Below, in pieces: positions 8,032-16,142 of a stretch of 29,338 bases of DNA (the stretch's first letter is position 1; every line of letters begins with the position of its first letter). The stretch comes from a virus (Duplodnaviria; Caudoviricetes), in IMG/VR virus record IMGVR_UViG_3300037458_000308, positions 1 to 29,338 of that record, one strand, 5' to 3'. Made by a program: the position numbers and the translations under genes. Under the pieces are notes generated by a model. That model had not been told where the DNA came from, ran no database searches, and saw nothing but the letters and a program-made list of their open reading frames with translations.

Positions 8032-9090
8032 TTACCACCCCATGTCGAGGTCGTAGCCGGAGGTCCAGCCCCCGCCGCCGAAGTCCATCGACGGCACGTC
8101 GAAGCCGGAAGTCCAGTCGGCGGACGTGCTGCCGCCGCTGCCGAACAGGCCGCCGAGCCAGCTCCCGGCCTTCTCGAAGAGCCCGGCGTTCTTGGCTAGG
8201 TCGCCGAAGAGGCCCATGCCCGACTTGAGGGCGCTCGAGGAGCCGAGTAGGCTCGACTTCGCCTCGGCGTTCTTCGCCGAGAGGATGCGCTCGGCCGTCG
8301 TCGGATCGTAGGCGCCCTCGCGCTGGGCCTTGAACGCCTCGGCCAGCATGTCCGTGGTGGCCTTCGTCTTGTTCGCCTCGGCGTTGGTGAAGCGCGAGGT
8401 CCAGTCGGCCGCCGTCGAGAGGGCCTTGTCGCCCTGCCCGGCCACGTTGCCGGCGCTGGTGAAGAGCCCCTGCGACCGGCGCAGGAGGTTGTCGAGGTAG
8501 CTCTCGCCCTCACGAAGCGACGCGTAGGCCGCTTCCTTGTCCGCCTGCGCGCGGGCGCCGTACAGCGCGGCCGCGATCGGGTTCTGAGCGGCGCCGGTCG
8601 GCGAGCCGGCCACGGAGCCGAGCCCGACGATGCCCTGCTTCTGCAGCTTGCGCATCAGGTCGGCCTCTTCCTTCGCCCGCTGGGGCGCGAGAAGCTCCTG
8701 CTGCGCGGCCAGCCGCTCGGCGGCGAGCGCCTTCGGGTCGAAGCCGCCGGCGAGGTCGATCGACTTCTGCGCGCCGGTCATGTACTTGTCGAACAGGCCC
8801 TGCGCGCCCGGCGCCAGCGCGTAGCCGACCGAGCCCGAGGCCGGGTCGACTTGCGACGTGGCGAAGGCGGTGCGCGCCGTCGCGGGGCGCAGAGTGTAGC
8901 CGGCCGTCACGCCCGGCGCGAGGCCGGCGATGTTCGACGCGTACCCCTCGTAGGCGGCACGCCGGCGGGCGTCGTTCTCCTGCGCGTTCGCCACGCCGGT
9001 CTGCGCCGCGTTCTTCGACAGCTGGGTCTGAAAGAGCCCGACACCGGTGTTGAGCAGGCCGCTTCCCAGCTGGTTCCAGTCGATCGCCAT
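8032..9090 (-). CDS. Internal virion / ejection (pilot-like) protein, 352 aa
   Basis: Gly/Ala-rich with amphipathic ends (LGSGLLNTGVGLF; GSWLGGLFG). SD GAGGAG. Position after the nozzle gene. Confidence 0.7.
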   Translation of the reverse strand: MAIDWNQLGSGLLNTGVGLFQTQLSKNAAQTGVANAQENDARRRAAYEGYASNIAGLAPGVTAGYTLRPATARTAFATSQVDPASGSVGYALAPGAQGLFDKYMTGAQKSIDLAGGFDPKALAAERLAAQQELLAPQRAKEEADLMRKLQKQGIVGLGSVAGSPTGAAQNPIAAALYGARAQADKEAAYASLREGESYLDNLLRRSQGLFTSAGNVAGQGDKALSTAADWTSRFTNAEANKTKATTDMLAEAFKAQREGAYDPTTAERILSAKNAEAKSSLLGSSSALKSGMGLFGDLAKNAGLFEKAGSWLGGLFGSGGSTSADWTSGFDVPSMDFGGGGWTSGYDLDMGW

Positions 9091-9093
9091 GAT

Positions 9094-11502
9094 TTAAAAC
9101 TCCTCTCCGAACATGCCACGGCGCAGGGCTTCGATCTGCGCGATTTCTGCTTGATCCGCGTCGGCGAGTGCCGACGCCACGCGGTCGCCCGGCAGCGAGC
9201 CGAGCAGGCGGGCGGCGTTCGCGCCACCGGGGCCGGCGAGCAGGCCGTACAGGCCGCGCATCTTGCGCTGCTTCGCCTCGCTCGCCGCGTCCACGCTCTC
9301 GCCGAGGCCGAGGGCCGCGCGGAGCATGTCGTTGCTCACGTCCACCGCCTTCCCGAGCATCCCGCCGCTGTGGTTCATCAGCTGCTGGAGGTAGCTCTCG
9401 CTCGAGGCGCGCGACTGGTTCGCCAGCTCGCGGTTCTCGCGCTCGATGCCGGCGAGGTAGGACGCGATGTAGGGGTTGGCGCCCTGCCCTTCGCCGAGCG
9501 CGTACGACTCCTCGCGGCCGGTGATCAGGTTCTGCGCCGAGCCTTGGTACGTGATCAGGCCGAGCAGGCCGCGCGCGTAGAGGATGCGCGTCAGCTTCGC
9601 GAAGTCGGCTTCGCGCTTGCTCTCGAGGGTCTTCACCGCCTTGTCGAATTCCTCGGCCGTCATCTTCTGCGTGTCGGCGCCGAGCAGCTGGTCCATCGCC
9701 TCGTTCGCCTTCGACATCAGCGCATCGTAGTACGCCTGCGTGCCGGGCTCCAGCTCGTAGCGCACTTCGCCCGTCGCCGGGTCGACGAAGACGTTGCCGA
9801 ACGCGGTGTTCGCGTTGGCCGGGTCAAGCGCGAACGCCTCGTCCACGCTCGGGATGAAGTCCATCAGGCTCTGCGCGTAGGCCATGTACGCGCCGCGGCG
9901 CTCTTCGTCGGTCGCGTACTCGCGCTCGGTGACTTCGCGGAGCTGGCGCTCGATCGCCTGATTGCCGCCCTTGCCGCCCATCAGCTTCAGCGCGAGCTGG
10001 AGGAGCATCTTCGGGGCGATGCTGGTGAGCGGGTTCTTCCCGCCGCCGGCCGCCTCGACCGCAGTCTCGGGCTCGGCTTGCGGCGCGTCGAGCGGCTCGG
10101 CGCCCTGCTGGTCGACGACCGGCAGCCCGGTTTCCGGGTCCACCGCCAGCTCCTGCGGCGCGTTGTCGACGGTGAACGTGCCGTCCTGCCCGCCGTCTCC
10201 ACCGTAGATCGGCTCGCCGGTGGTCGGGTCGAGCCCGACGAAGTCGGCGGTGATGTCGTCCGGCGTGAGCCCGAATTGGGCGAGGTACTCGGCCACGTCG
10301 AAATTGTACACGCCGGCGTCGGGTAGCGACAGGTCCGGCTCGCCGATGGTGTACTGGAACGCGCCGTCTTGTCCTGCGATCGCCTCGCGGAGCGCGTCCG
10401 GGTTGTTCATGTAGCTCGACCCGGAGAACAAGCCGCTCATGTCCTCGAGCCCGGAAAAGCCGAGGTCGCCCATCGGGAGATCGTAGCCGGAGGTCCAGCC
10501 GAGATCGGGCGCGGCGCCGCCCGCGCCGCTGAAGAGGTCAGACAGGCCGCCGCCGATCGCGTCGCTGATGCCGGTCATGCTGCCGATCGGGCCGAGGAGC
10601 GAGAGGCCCGCGCCGAGCGCGTCGCCCTTCATTGCCGAGGAGGCGGCCTTCGCCGCCGCGAGCGCGGCCTGCAGCTGCCCGACGCTCAGGCCGAGGTCAG
10701 CCGCGAGCGCGGCCATGCCGCCGCCGGCCGCCAGCTCGACGCCCATCGCGCCGAGCCCGGCCTCGATCGAGGCGCCAGCGGTGATCGGCGCGAGCATCGT
10801 CGAGAGGGCCATCGCGGCGATCTGCCAGCTGGGCGTGCTGCTGTACTTCTCCCACACGGCGTTCCGCTCGCCCGCGGCACCGGCGCTTTCGTTGTAGAAT
10901 TGCTGCCACTCCGGCGTGCTCCAGAGCTGCGCGTTGAGGTCGCCGGTGTAGCCGCGATCCTTCGCCAGCTGGTCCATCGTCAGCTGCATCATGATCGCGT
11001 CGGACGTGTTGGGCGACAGCTGCCAGCCTTGGTCTTGCGCGCCCTGCGTGATCCCGCGCATCGCGTAGATCAGGTCGGCCTCGTCCACGTCGCCGAAGAT
11101 GTTCGCGGCGAGCGCCTTCAGGGGCTCCTCGAGGGAGTAGCCCTTCATCGTGTCGTAGTTTCCGAGGCCCATCGAGTAGGCGTCGGGGCGGTAGATCGGG
11201 TTCAGCCCAAACTTCGAGAGGTCGACGTAGGCCGACTGGTCGGCGCGCGGCGCCCACGTCTCGCCCAGCTCCCCCCACCCCATCGTGGAGACGCCGCCGG
11301 TGCTGGGGTCGTACTGCGCCTGCCCGAGCCACGGGTTCGCCGCCGTGTTGAGCGGATCGAATTGCGCCTGCGCGGCGGCCGGGTTGTAATTCGGGTTTGG
11401 CGCCGACTCCATCATCCCGGTGTTGGGGTCGTACCACTGCAGCGTCGGCGACGTGGTGTCCACCGGAGCCGATGCGCTGTAGTCAATGTACTCGTCAGCC
11501 AT
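9094..11502 (-). CDS. Internal virion / ejection protein, 802 aa, acidic; C-terminal domain paralogous to the next gene
   Basis: SD GAGG. Central hydrophobic Gly/Ala segment. C-terminal ~200 aa aligns by eye with the 352-aa neighbour. Confidence 0.7.
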   Translation of the reverse strand: MADEYIDYSASAPVDTTSPTLQWYDPNTGMMESAPNPNYNPAAAQAQFDPLNTAANPWLGQAQYDPSTGGVSTMGWGELGETWAPRADQSAYVDLSKFGLNPIYRPDAYSMGLGNYDTMKGYSLEEPLKALAANIFGDVDEADLIYAMRGITQGAQDQGWQLSPNTSDAIMMQLTMDQLAKDRGYTGDLNAQLWSTPEWQQFYNESAGAAGERNAVWEKYSSTPSWQIAAMALSTMLAPITAGASIEAGLGAMGVELAAGGGMAALAADLGLSVGQLQAALAAAKAASSAMKGDALGAGLSLLGPIGSMTGISDAIGGGLSDLFSGAGGAAPDLGWTSGYDLPMGDLGFSGLEDMSGLFSGSSYMNNPDALREAIAGQDGAFQYTIGEPDLSLPDAGVYNFDVAEYLAQFGLTPDDITADFVGLDPTTGEPIYGGDGGQDGTFTVDNAPQELAVDPETGLPVVDQQGAEPLDAPQAEPETAVEAAGGGKNPLTSIAPKMLLQLALKLMGGKGGNQAIERQLREVTEREYATDEERRGAYMAYAQSLMDFIPSVDEAFALDPANANTAFGNVFVDPATGEVRYELEPGTQAYYDALMSKANEAMDQLLGADTQKMTAEEFDKAVKTLESKREADFAKLTRILYARGLLGLITYQGSAQNLITGREESYALGEGQGANPYIASYLAGIERENRELANQSRASSESYLQQLMNHSGGMLGKAVDVSNDMLRAALGLGESVDAASEAKQRKMRGLYGLLAGPGGANAARLLGSLPGDRVASALADADQAEIAQIEALRRGMFGEEF

Positions 11503-11511
11503 GTTTGTGCC

Positions 11512-13335
11512 TCACCGCCACGTGGTCTTGCCGGCCTGCGCGAAGACGCGCAGCTGATGGAGCGACACCTTGTCGCCGTTGATCGTGATGCTGAATCCGA
11601 GTTTCGCCGTGTTGCACGAGCGCCCGATGTGCGCCTTCGCCTCGCCGATGCCCGGGTCTTCCGCGAATTCGACCGCGCTGCACGTGAAGGAGGACGTGTA
11701 GACGGTGCCCGCCTTGTAGTCGATCTGCCACTTCACCGTGCCCGCGACGAGCGACCCGGTTTCGAGCGTCAGCACCACATACTTCAGGTGCTTCAGCCGC
11801 GACTCGTCGCCGAAATTGAGCCACTGCGTGTAGAAGTCGAACGAGTACACGTTGTTCGCGCCGTCGGGCGTGTAGCCGGTGTACTTGTGCACGCCGTTCG
11901 TGCCGGCGCAGTACCAGCTCCCGTCCTTGTCGTAGCAGAACCCGCGGAACGGCATCCCGACGTTCGTCCACGTCGTGATCACCGGCAGGTTGAGCTGCGG
12001 CAGCTTCCGGCGTACGTGCAGGACGTAGCACTTGTTCGCCGTCGGGCCGTTGATCACCACCCAGCCTTCCTTCGGGTAGTAGCCGGCGCGCACCTTCTCG
12101 AGCGTCTCGCTGGCGTACTGGCTGATCAGCTCGTCGTTGACGAGGGACGACACCTGCGTCGGCTGCATCAGCGACGTCACCTGCGCCAGCTTGTCGATGC
12201 GGTACATGCCGTTCTGCGACAGGAAGTACACGCCGTCGTCGGCCACGATCACGCTGTCGCGCGCGATGCACCCGACGTTGCTCACCACGTCCGTGAGCGT
12301 CATCGTCGCCGGGTCGTTGTCGGTCCCGAGGGTGTACATCAGGATCGCGCTCCGGCCGAAGATGATCAGGCGCCCGAACGCCGCGGCGAGCGCGACGATG
12401 GTGTCCTGTCCCTGCGGCCACGCGTTCTGCACGTTGAGCGAGCCGGCGTCACCGCTGTTCCACGTCTTGCCGTCGAGGAGGTTCGACCACCACACGGTGT
12501 AGCGGTTGCTGCCGGCCGCGTCGTCGGCGGCCCAAAGTCGACCGTAGGCGGCCATGACGCAATTCGGGCTCGAGGTCCACGGCTGGCCGACGATAGACTC
12601 GACCGCGTAGGTGCTCTCGAGCAGGCACGTGAAGGCTTGCCCGGCCTGCGCCATGAAGATGCGGCTGTTCAGCGACGCGAATTGCCAGTTGTTGTTGGTG
12701 GTGGTCCCGGCACTCGCGGTTCTGATCGCGACGTAATTCGTCAGCGTGTTGAACAGGTTCACGTTGGAGATCGACACGCTCGACGAGGCGCCCGTCGTGG
12801 CGCTCACGACCTTCAGGTTGCCGCCGACGAGCGACACGCTGCCCGCGGCGCCGAGGTCCGTGTTGATCTCGCTGATCAGGTTGGTGTACGTCTGCGCCGT
12901 CGAGCCGGTCACGGACACGGACTTCGCCACGCCGTCGATCGTGATCGTCGCGGTGTAGGCGGTCGCGTCGTTCGCAAGCCCGGTCGCCGAGGCGCCGGCT
13001 TTCGCGCCGCCAACGTCGACGATCTGCGAGCCGGCCGCGTAGCTGAAACGCGAGGTCATGGTCGACGTGCCGGAGTAGATCGCGCCGATCGCGGCGGAGA
13101 GGATCGCCTCCGTGCCGTCATTCAGCCGGTGCGTGTACACCGTGTCGACCGTGCCCGAGAAGCCGGTGGTCTGATTCACGAAGTCCTCGCGCGACACGAG
13201 CTTCCCCGAGGCGTCGACGACGCCATTCGAGCAGGTCGCCGCGTAGCGCAGCGCCTGATCCGCGGCAATGTCGTCGGTCGTGTTGAGGCCGTACGTGCCC
13301 GGAAGGAGGAAGTTTGAGCCGCGAATCTGACCCAT
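11512..13335 (-). CDS. Tail nozzle / tubular protein B-like (beta-propeller) protein, 607 aa
   Basis: N-terminal PGTYGLNT, YGRLWAAD, TVWWSNLLDGKTW, LIIFGRSAILMY, VGCIARDSV...DGVYFLSQNG. Follows the adaptor gene. Confidence 0.8.
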   Translation of the reverse strand: MGQIRGSNFLLPGTYGLNTTDDIAADQALRYAATCSNGVVDASGKLVSREDFVNQTTGFSGTVDTVYTHRLNDGTEAILSAAIGAIYSGTSTMTSRFSYAAGSQIVDVGGAKAGASATGLANDATAYTATITIDGVAKSVSVTGSTAQTYTNLISEINTDLGAAGSVSLVGGNLKVVSATTGASSSVSISNVNLFNTLTNYVAIRTASAGTTTNNNWQFASLNSRIFMAQAGQAFTCLLESTYAVESIVGQPWTSSPNCVMAAYGRLWAADDAAGSNRYTVWWSNLLDGKTWNSGDAGSLNVQNAWPQGQDTIVALAAAFGRLIIFGRSAILMYTLGTDNDPATMTLTDVVSNVGCIARDSVIVADDGVYFLSQNGMYRIDKLAQVTSLMQPTQVSSLVNDELISQYASETLEKVRAGYYPKEGWVVINGPTANKCYVLHVRRKLPQLNLPVITTWTNVGMPFRGFCYDKDGSWYCAGTNGVHKYTGYTPDGANNVYSFDFYTQWLNFGDESRLKHLKYVVLTLETGSLVAGTVKWQIDYKAGTVYTSSFTCSAVEFAEDPGIGEAKAHIGRSCNTAKLGFSITINGDKVSLHQLRVFAQAGKTTWR

Positions 13336-13338
13336 GAT

Positions 13339-13998
13339 TTACACCGGCACCCAAATCAATTCCGATTCGTCGCGGCCGGCGTCGCGCGCGATCGCGGACG
13401 CGAGCAGGTCGCGGTAGAGCGCCTCCTGCTGCTGCGTCTGCACGCCGCCGTCATCGCCGCGCTCGGCCATCGCGCGCGTCACCGCGCCTTCGACCAGCAC
13501 CGCGATCGGCACCAGCGGAACGTCGGTCCCGTTCGACAGCTCGGCCTGCGGCTTGTACAGGTTGAATTTCAGCGTGTCGACGCCGGTCGGCTTCGGCCAC
13601 ACGTCGATCGAGAGGTCGTAGTTTGCGTCGAGGCCGCCGATCACGTACTCGCGCGGGTTGCCCGTCTCGGGGGTCGTGACGCCGAAGTACCGCTCGTTGA
13701 ATCTCGCCACGGTGCCCGGCGACATCTGCGACTGCTGCGAGCTGTTCCACGCGTCGAGGATCACCGCGTCGGGCCCGGAGTCCGTGAGGACGTAGGACGC
13801 CGTTCCGGCCACCGTGTCGACGCTGTACGTGTCGCGCAGAGCGTGCCAGCGCCACGCGTCCTCGATCTCCGTCTTCACCTTGTTGACGATCGAGCCGATC
13901 AGCGTGCTGTACGAATTCTCCGTGACGGAGGCGACCGTGCTCTCGCGCAGGCGGGTCAGCACCTTGTTGACGACTTGCAGGTAGGTGGTGGAGGCCAT
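13339..13998 (-). CDS. Head-tail adaptor / tail tubular protein A-like, 219 aa
   Basis: TYLQVVNKVLTRLRE N-terminus, IEDAWRWHALR, IDVWPKP, AMAERGDDGG. Size and position typical of podovirus adaptors. Confidence 0.8.
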   Translation of the reverse strand: MASTTYLQVVNKVLTRLRESTVASVTENSYSTLIGSIVNKVKTEIEDAWRWHALRDTYSVDTVAGTASYVLTDSGPDAVILDAWNSSQQSQMSPGTVARFNERYFGVTTPETGNPREYVIGGLDANYDLSIDVWPKPTGVDTLKFNLYKPQAELSNGTDVPLVPIAVLVEGAVTRAMAERGDDGGVQTQQQEALYRDLLASAIARDAGRDESELIWVPV

Positions 13999-14007
13999 GC
14001 GTTGTCC

Positions 14008-15837
14008 TTACAGTTCTGCGGAGGCGACCCACGTATAGAAGTAGTAACCTCCCGCTTGGGTGCCGTTGGCTTGGCAGCTAACGTAGAAGCCGTCCACGTT
14101 GCCTGCCCCAACAGCGGGGTTCGTAGAGGGAAACCCGGACACCGAGGTAATGGTGGCGGCGAGCGTGGTCGGCGTGATGCGCATCGGAACGCCGAATCGG
14201 ACGCCGTGGTAGTAGAAGGCGGCGTTGGTCACATCCCCACACCAAATCGAGGGCTGCGCGTTGCCCACTTGGTAGTAGCGTTGGCACATGCCTAGCTCGA
14301 CAGGATACGGCCGAACCTCGAAGTCCGTCGCGACGCTGCCGACTTCGAGCTGCACTCCGGCGATCAGGAACGCGTTCCCGATGGTGTCGAGTACGTTCGC
14401 CTGCGCGGACGTGCCGAGGTAGTTCCCCGTCTGCCACGCGCCAGCGGTGGTCTGGAACGTCGAGCCGGCAATCAGGCAGAAATCCAGCGTTGCGCCGATG
14501 CCCGTCGTGTAGCCCCACGTCCCGGCCGAGGGCGAGGCGCTGAACGTGACGGTCTTCTTCTCCCAAGTGTTCGCCGCGTTCACCGTGTAGGTGCCGACGT
14601 AGGAACGGTCCCCTCCGCTGTTTCGGATGGAGACGCAGTGCGTTCCCGTCTCGGACGACTTCACCCAAAACGAGAGCACGAGAGCGCGCTGCGCGAAATT
14701 GCGCCACACGAAGCCCTCGATGCGCTGGGTGATCGCCGCCACGTCTCCGGCAGCGACCGACGCGTCCGCGGTCGTCACGGCGACCTTCAGCGAGTAATTG
14801 AACAGCACGCCCGCGTTGGCGACCGTCGGAACGTCGGTGTCGCGCGAGATGGTGACGACACCGGCGGTGGTGTTCACCCACAGCCACCTGTCCGCGTGGT
14901 AGGTTGCATTCGCAATCGCTGCGAAGCTCGTGCCGCGCTGCCAGATGTCGAACGCGGCGTTGATGACCGCGTTCTTCCCGATCTGCTGCGACGCGTAGGC
15001 GATGCCGTTGGTCTGCGCGGAATCGGCGATGATCTGCTGGCCGTCCGAGCCGACCGCCTGACGCGCCACCGTGTTGTCGGCGGTGCCCACGAGGAGGTCG
15101 CCCTTGGCGTCGATGATGCCGAGGGAGGAAATGCTGCCGATGCTCGCGGCGCCGGTCACTTCGAGCGCGCCCGTGACCTTCGCGCCCGTGCCCGCGATGA
15201 CGCGGAAGCGCTCGGCCGGCGTCTGCGCGCCGTCCGGCGACACCGCGAACACGATGTCGGTCGGCATGTCGTTGTTGCCTGGCGCGCCGTTCACCACGAA
15301 GCTGACGGTCGCGCCGAGCGCGTAGTCGGTGCCGTCGTGACCGGCCGCAGAGATCGCGCCGAGCGTCTCGCCGTTCGACACCACGGCGTGCGTCGCGTCG
15401 CCGGTGGACGCCTTGGCGAAGAGGATAGCGCCTGCGATCGCGTCGGTCGTGCTGTGACGGTGCAGGATCAGCGAGGCGTCGAACGTACCGCCGTACTCGT
15501 TGATCTTGACGTTCGCATCGAACGTCGCGCCGTTGACCGTGACACTGCCTTGCTCGAAGCCGGGCGCGCCGAAGCTGACCTCGCCAAGCACGACGAGTTT
15601 GTCACCCCACACCAGCGTGCCGGCCTCGTAGTTCGTGCCGTTGTCGCAGTAGAGGGTGTTCGCGTCGCCCGGGTTCGCCGCAACCTGCGGGAAGTCGAAG
15701 CCCGCGGCGCTGATGTAATACTGCGACCCCGAGAGCCAGTGGTCGGTAAGCGGAACGGAGCCGTCCGCGAGCAGCACGGTCGACGAGCTGCCGCTGCCGC
15801 TTGCACCTGAACCTCGATCCACACCATAGGTCGTAAT
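14008..15837 (-). CDS. Tail fibre protein with C-terminal carbohydrate-binding-like domain; start uncertain (ATT at 15837 or GTG at 15822)
   Basis: Fibre motifs LLADGSVPLT and IIDAKGDLLVGTADNTVAR. C-terminal module KNAVINAAFDIWQRGTSF...ADRW...GVQLEVGSVATDFEVRP...ELGMCQRYY is common in phage fibres. Confidence 0.8.
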   Translation of the reverse strand: MTTYGVDRGSGASGSGSSSTVLLADGSVPLTDHWLSGSQYYISAAGFDFPQVAANPGDANTLYCDNGTNYEAGTLVWGDKLVVLGEVSFGAPGFEQGSVTVNGATFDANVKINEYGGTFDASLILHRHSTTDAIAGAILFAKASTGDATHAVVSNGETLGAISAAGHDGTDYALGATVSFVVNGAPGNNDMPTDIVFAVSPDGAQTPAERFRVIAGTGAKVTGALEVTGAASIGSISSLGIIDAKGDLLVGTADNTVARQAVGSDGQQIIADSAQTNGIAYASQQIGKNAVINAAFDIWQRGTSFAAIANATYHADRWLWVNTTAGVVTISRDTDVPTVANAGVLFNYSLKVAVTTADASVAAGDVAAITQRIEGFVWRNFAQRALVLSFWVKSSETGTHCVSIRNSGGDRSYVGTYTVNAANTWEKKTVTFSASPSAGTWGYTTGIGATLDFCLIAGSTFQTTAGAWQTGNYLGTSAQANVLDTIGNAFLIAGVQLEVGSVATDFEVRPYPVELGMCQRYYQVGNAQPSIWCGDVTNAAFYYHGVRFGVPMRITPTTLAATITSVSGFPSTNPAVGAGNVDGFYVSCQANGTQAGGYYFYTWVASAEL

Positions 15838-15873
15838 TTCGTCTTCCCCTTTGCTGCCGTCGGCAGCGCGGTG

Positions 15874-16128
15874 TTATTTCTTCGGCAGCCCGAGCTTCGC
15901 GCGCTTTGGTGTGGCGGCTGCAGGCTTCGCGTCGGCCACCAGCGGAAAGCGGTGCGGCGCGTTGTCGCGCTCGGCGTCGATAACGAGGTCGCCGTGCTCG
16001 TCGACGCGCACATAGTCGGGGTGCGTGCGCATCTCCTCGGCTTCCCAGTACGTGTCCAGCACGAGCACTGGGGCGTTGGGGTTCGCCGTGCACTTGAAGT
16101 AGAATTTGCTTTGTTGCGTGTCGCTCAT
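15874..16128 (-). CDS. Small conserved-looking phage protein, 84 aa
   Basis: Start MSDTQQSKFYFKC at 16128 with SD AGGAG. Basic C-terminal tail. Confidence 0.7.
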   Translation of the reverse strand: MSDTQQSKFYFKCTANPNAPVLVLDTYWEAEEMRTHPDYVRVDEHGDLVIDAERDNAPHRFPLVADAKPAAATPKRAKLGLPKK

Positions 16129-16142
16129 GGTCCGCTCCTGTT

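Noticed and set aside
10369-13317. Very long plus-strand ORFs (982 aa here; also 4133-6247, 23779-25962, 8851-10326 and others)
   Set aside because: Antisense shadows of real minus-strand genes in high-GC DNA. Arg/Gly/Val-rich with no motifs or RBS.
14008-14300. Tail-fibre C-terminus as a diversity-generating retroelement target
   Set aside because: No template repeat or reverse transcriptase seen in the window.
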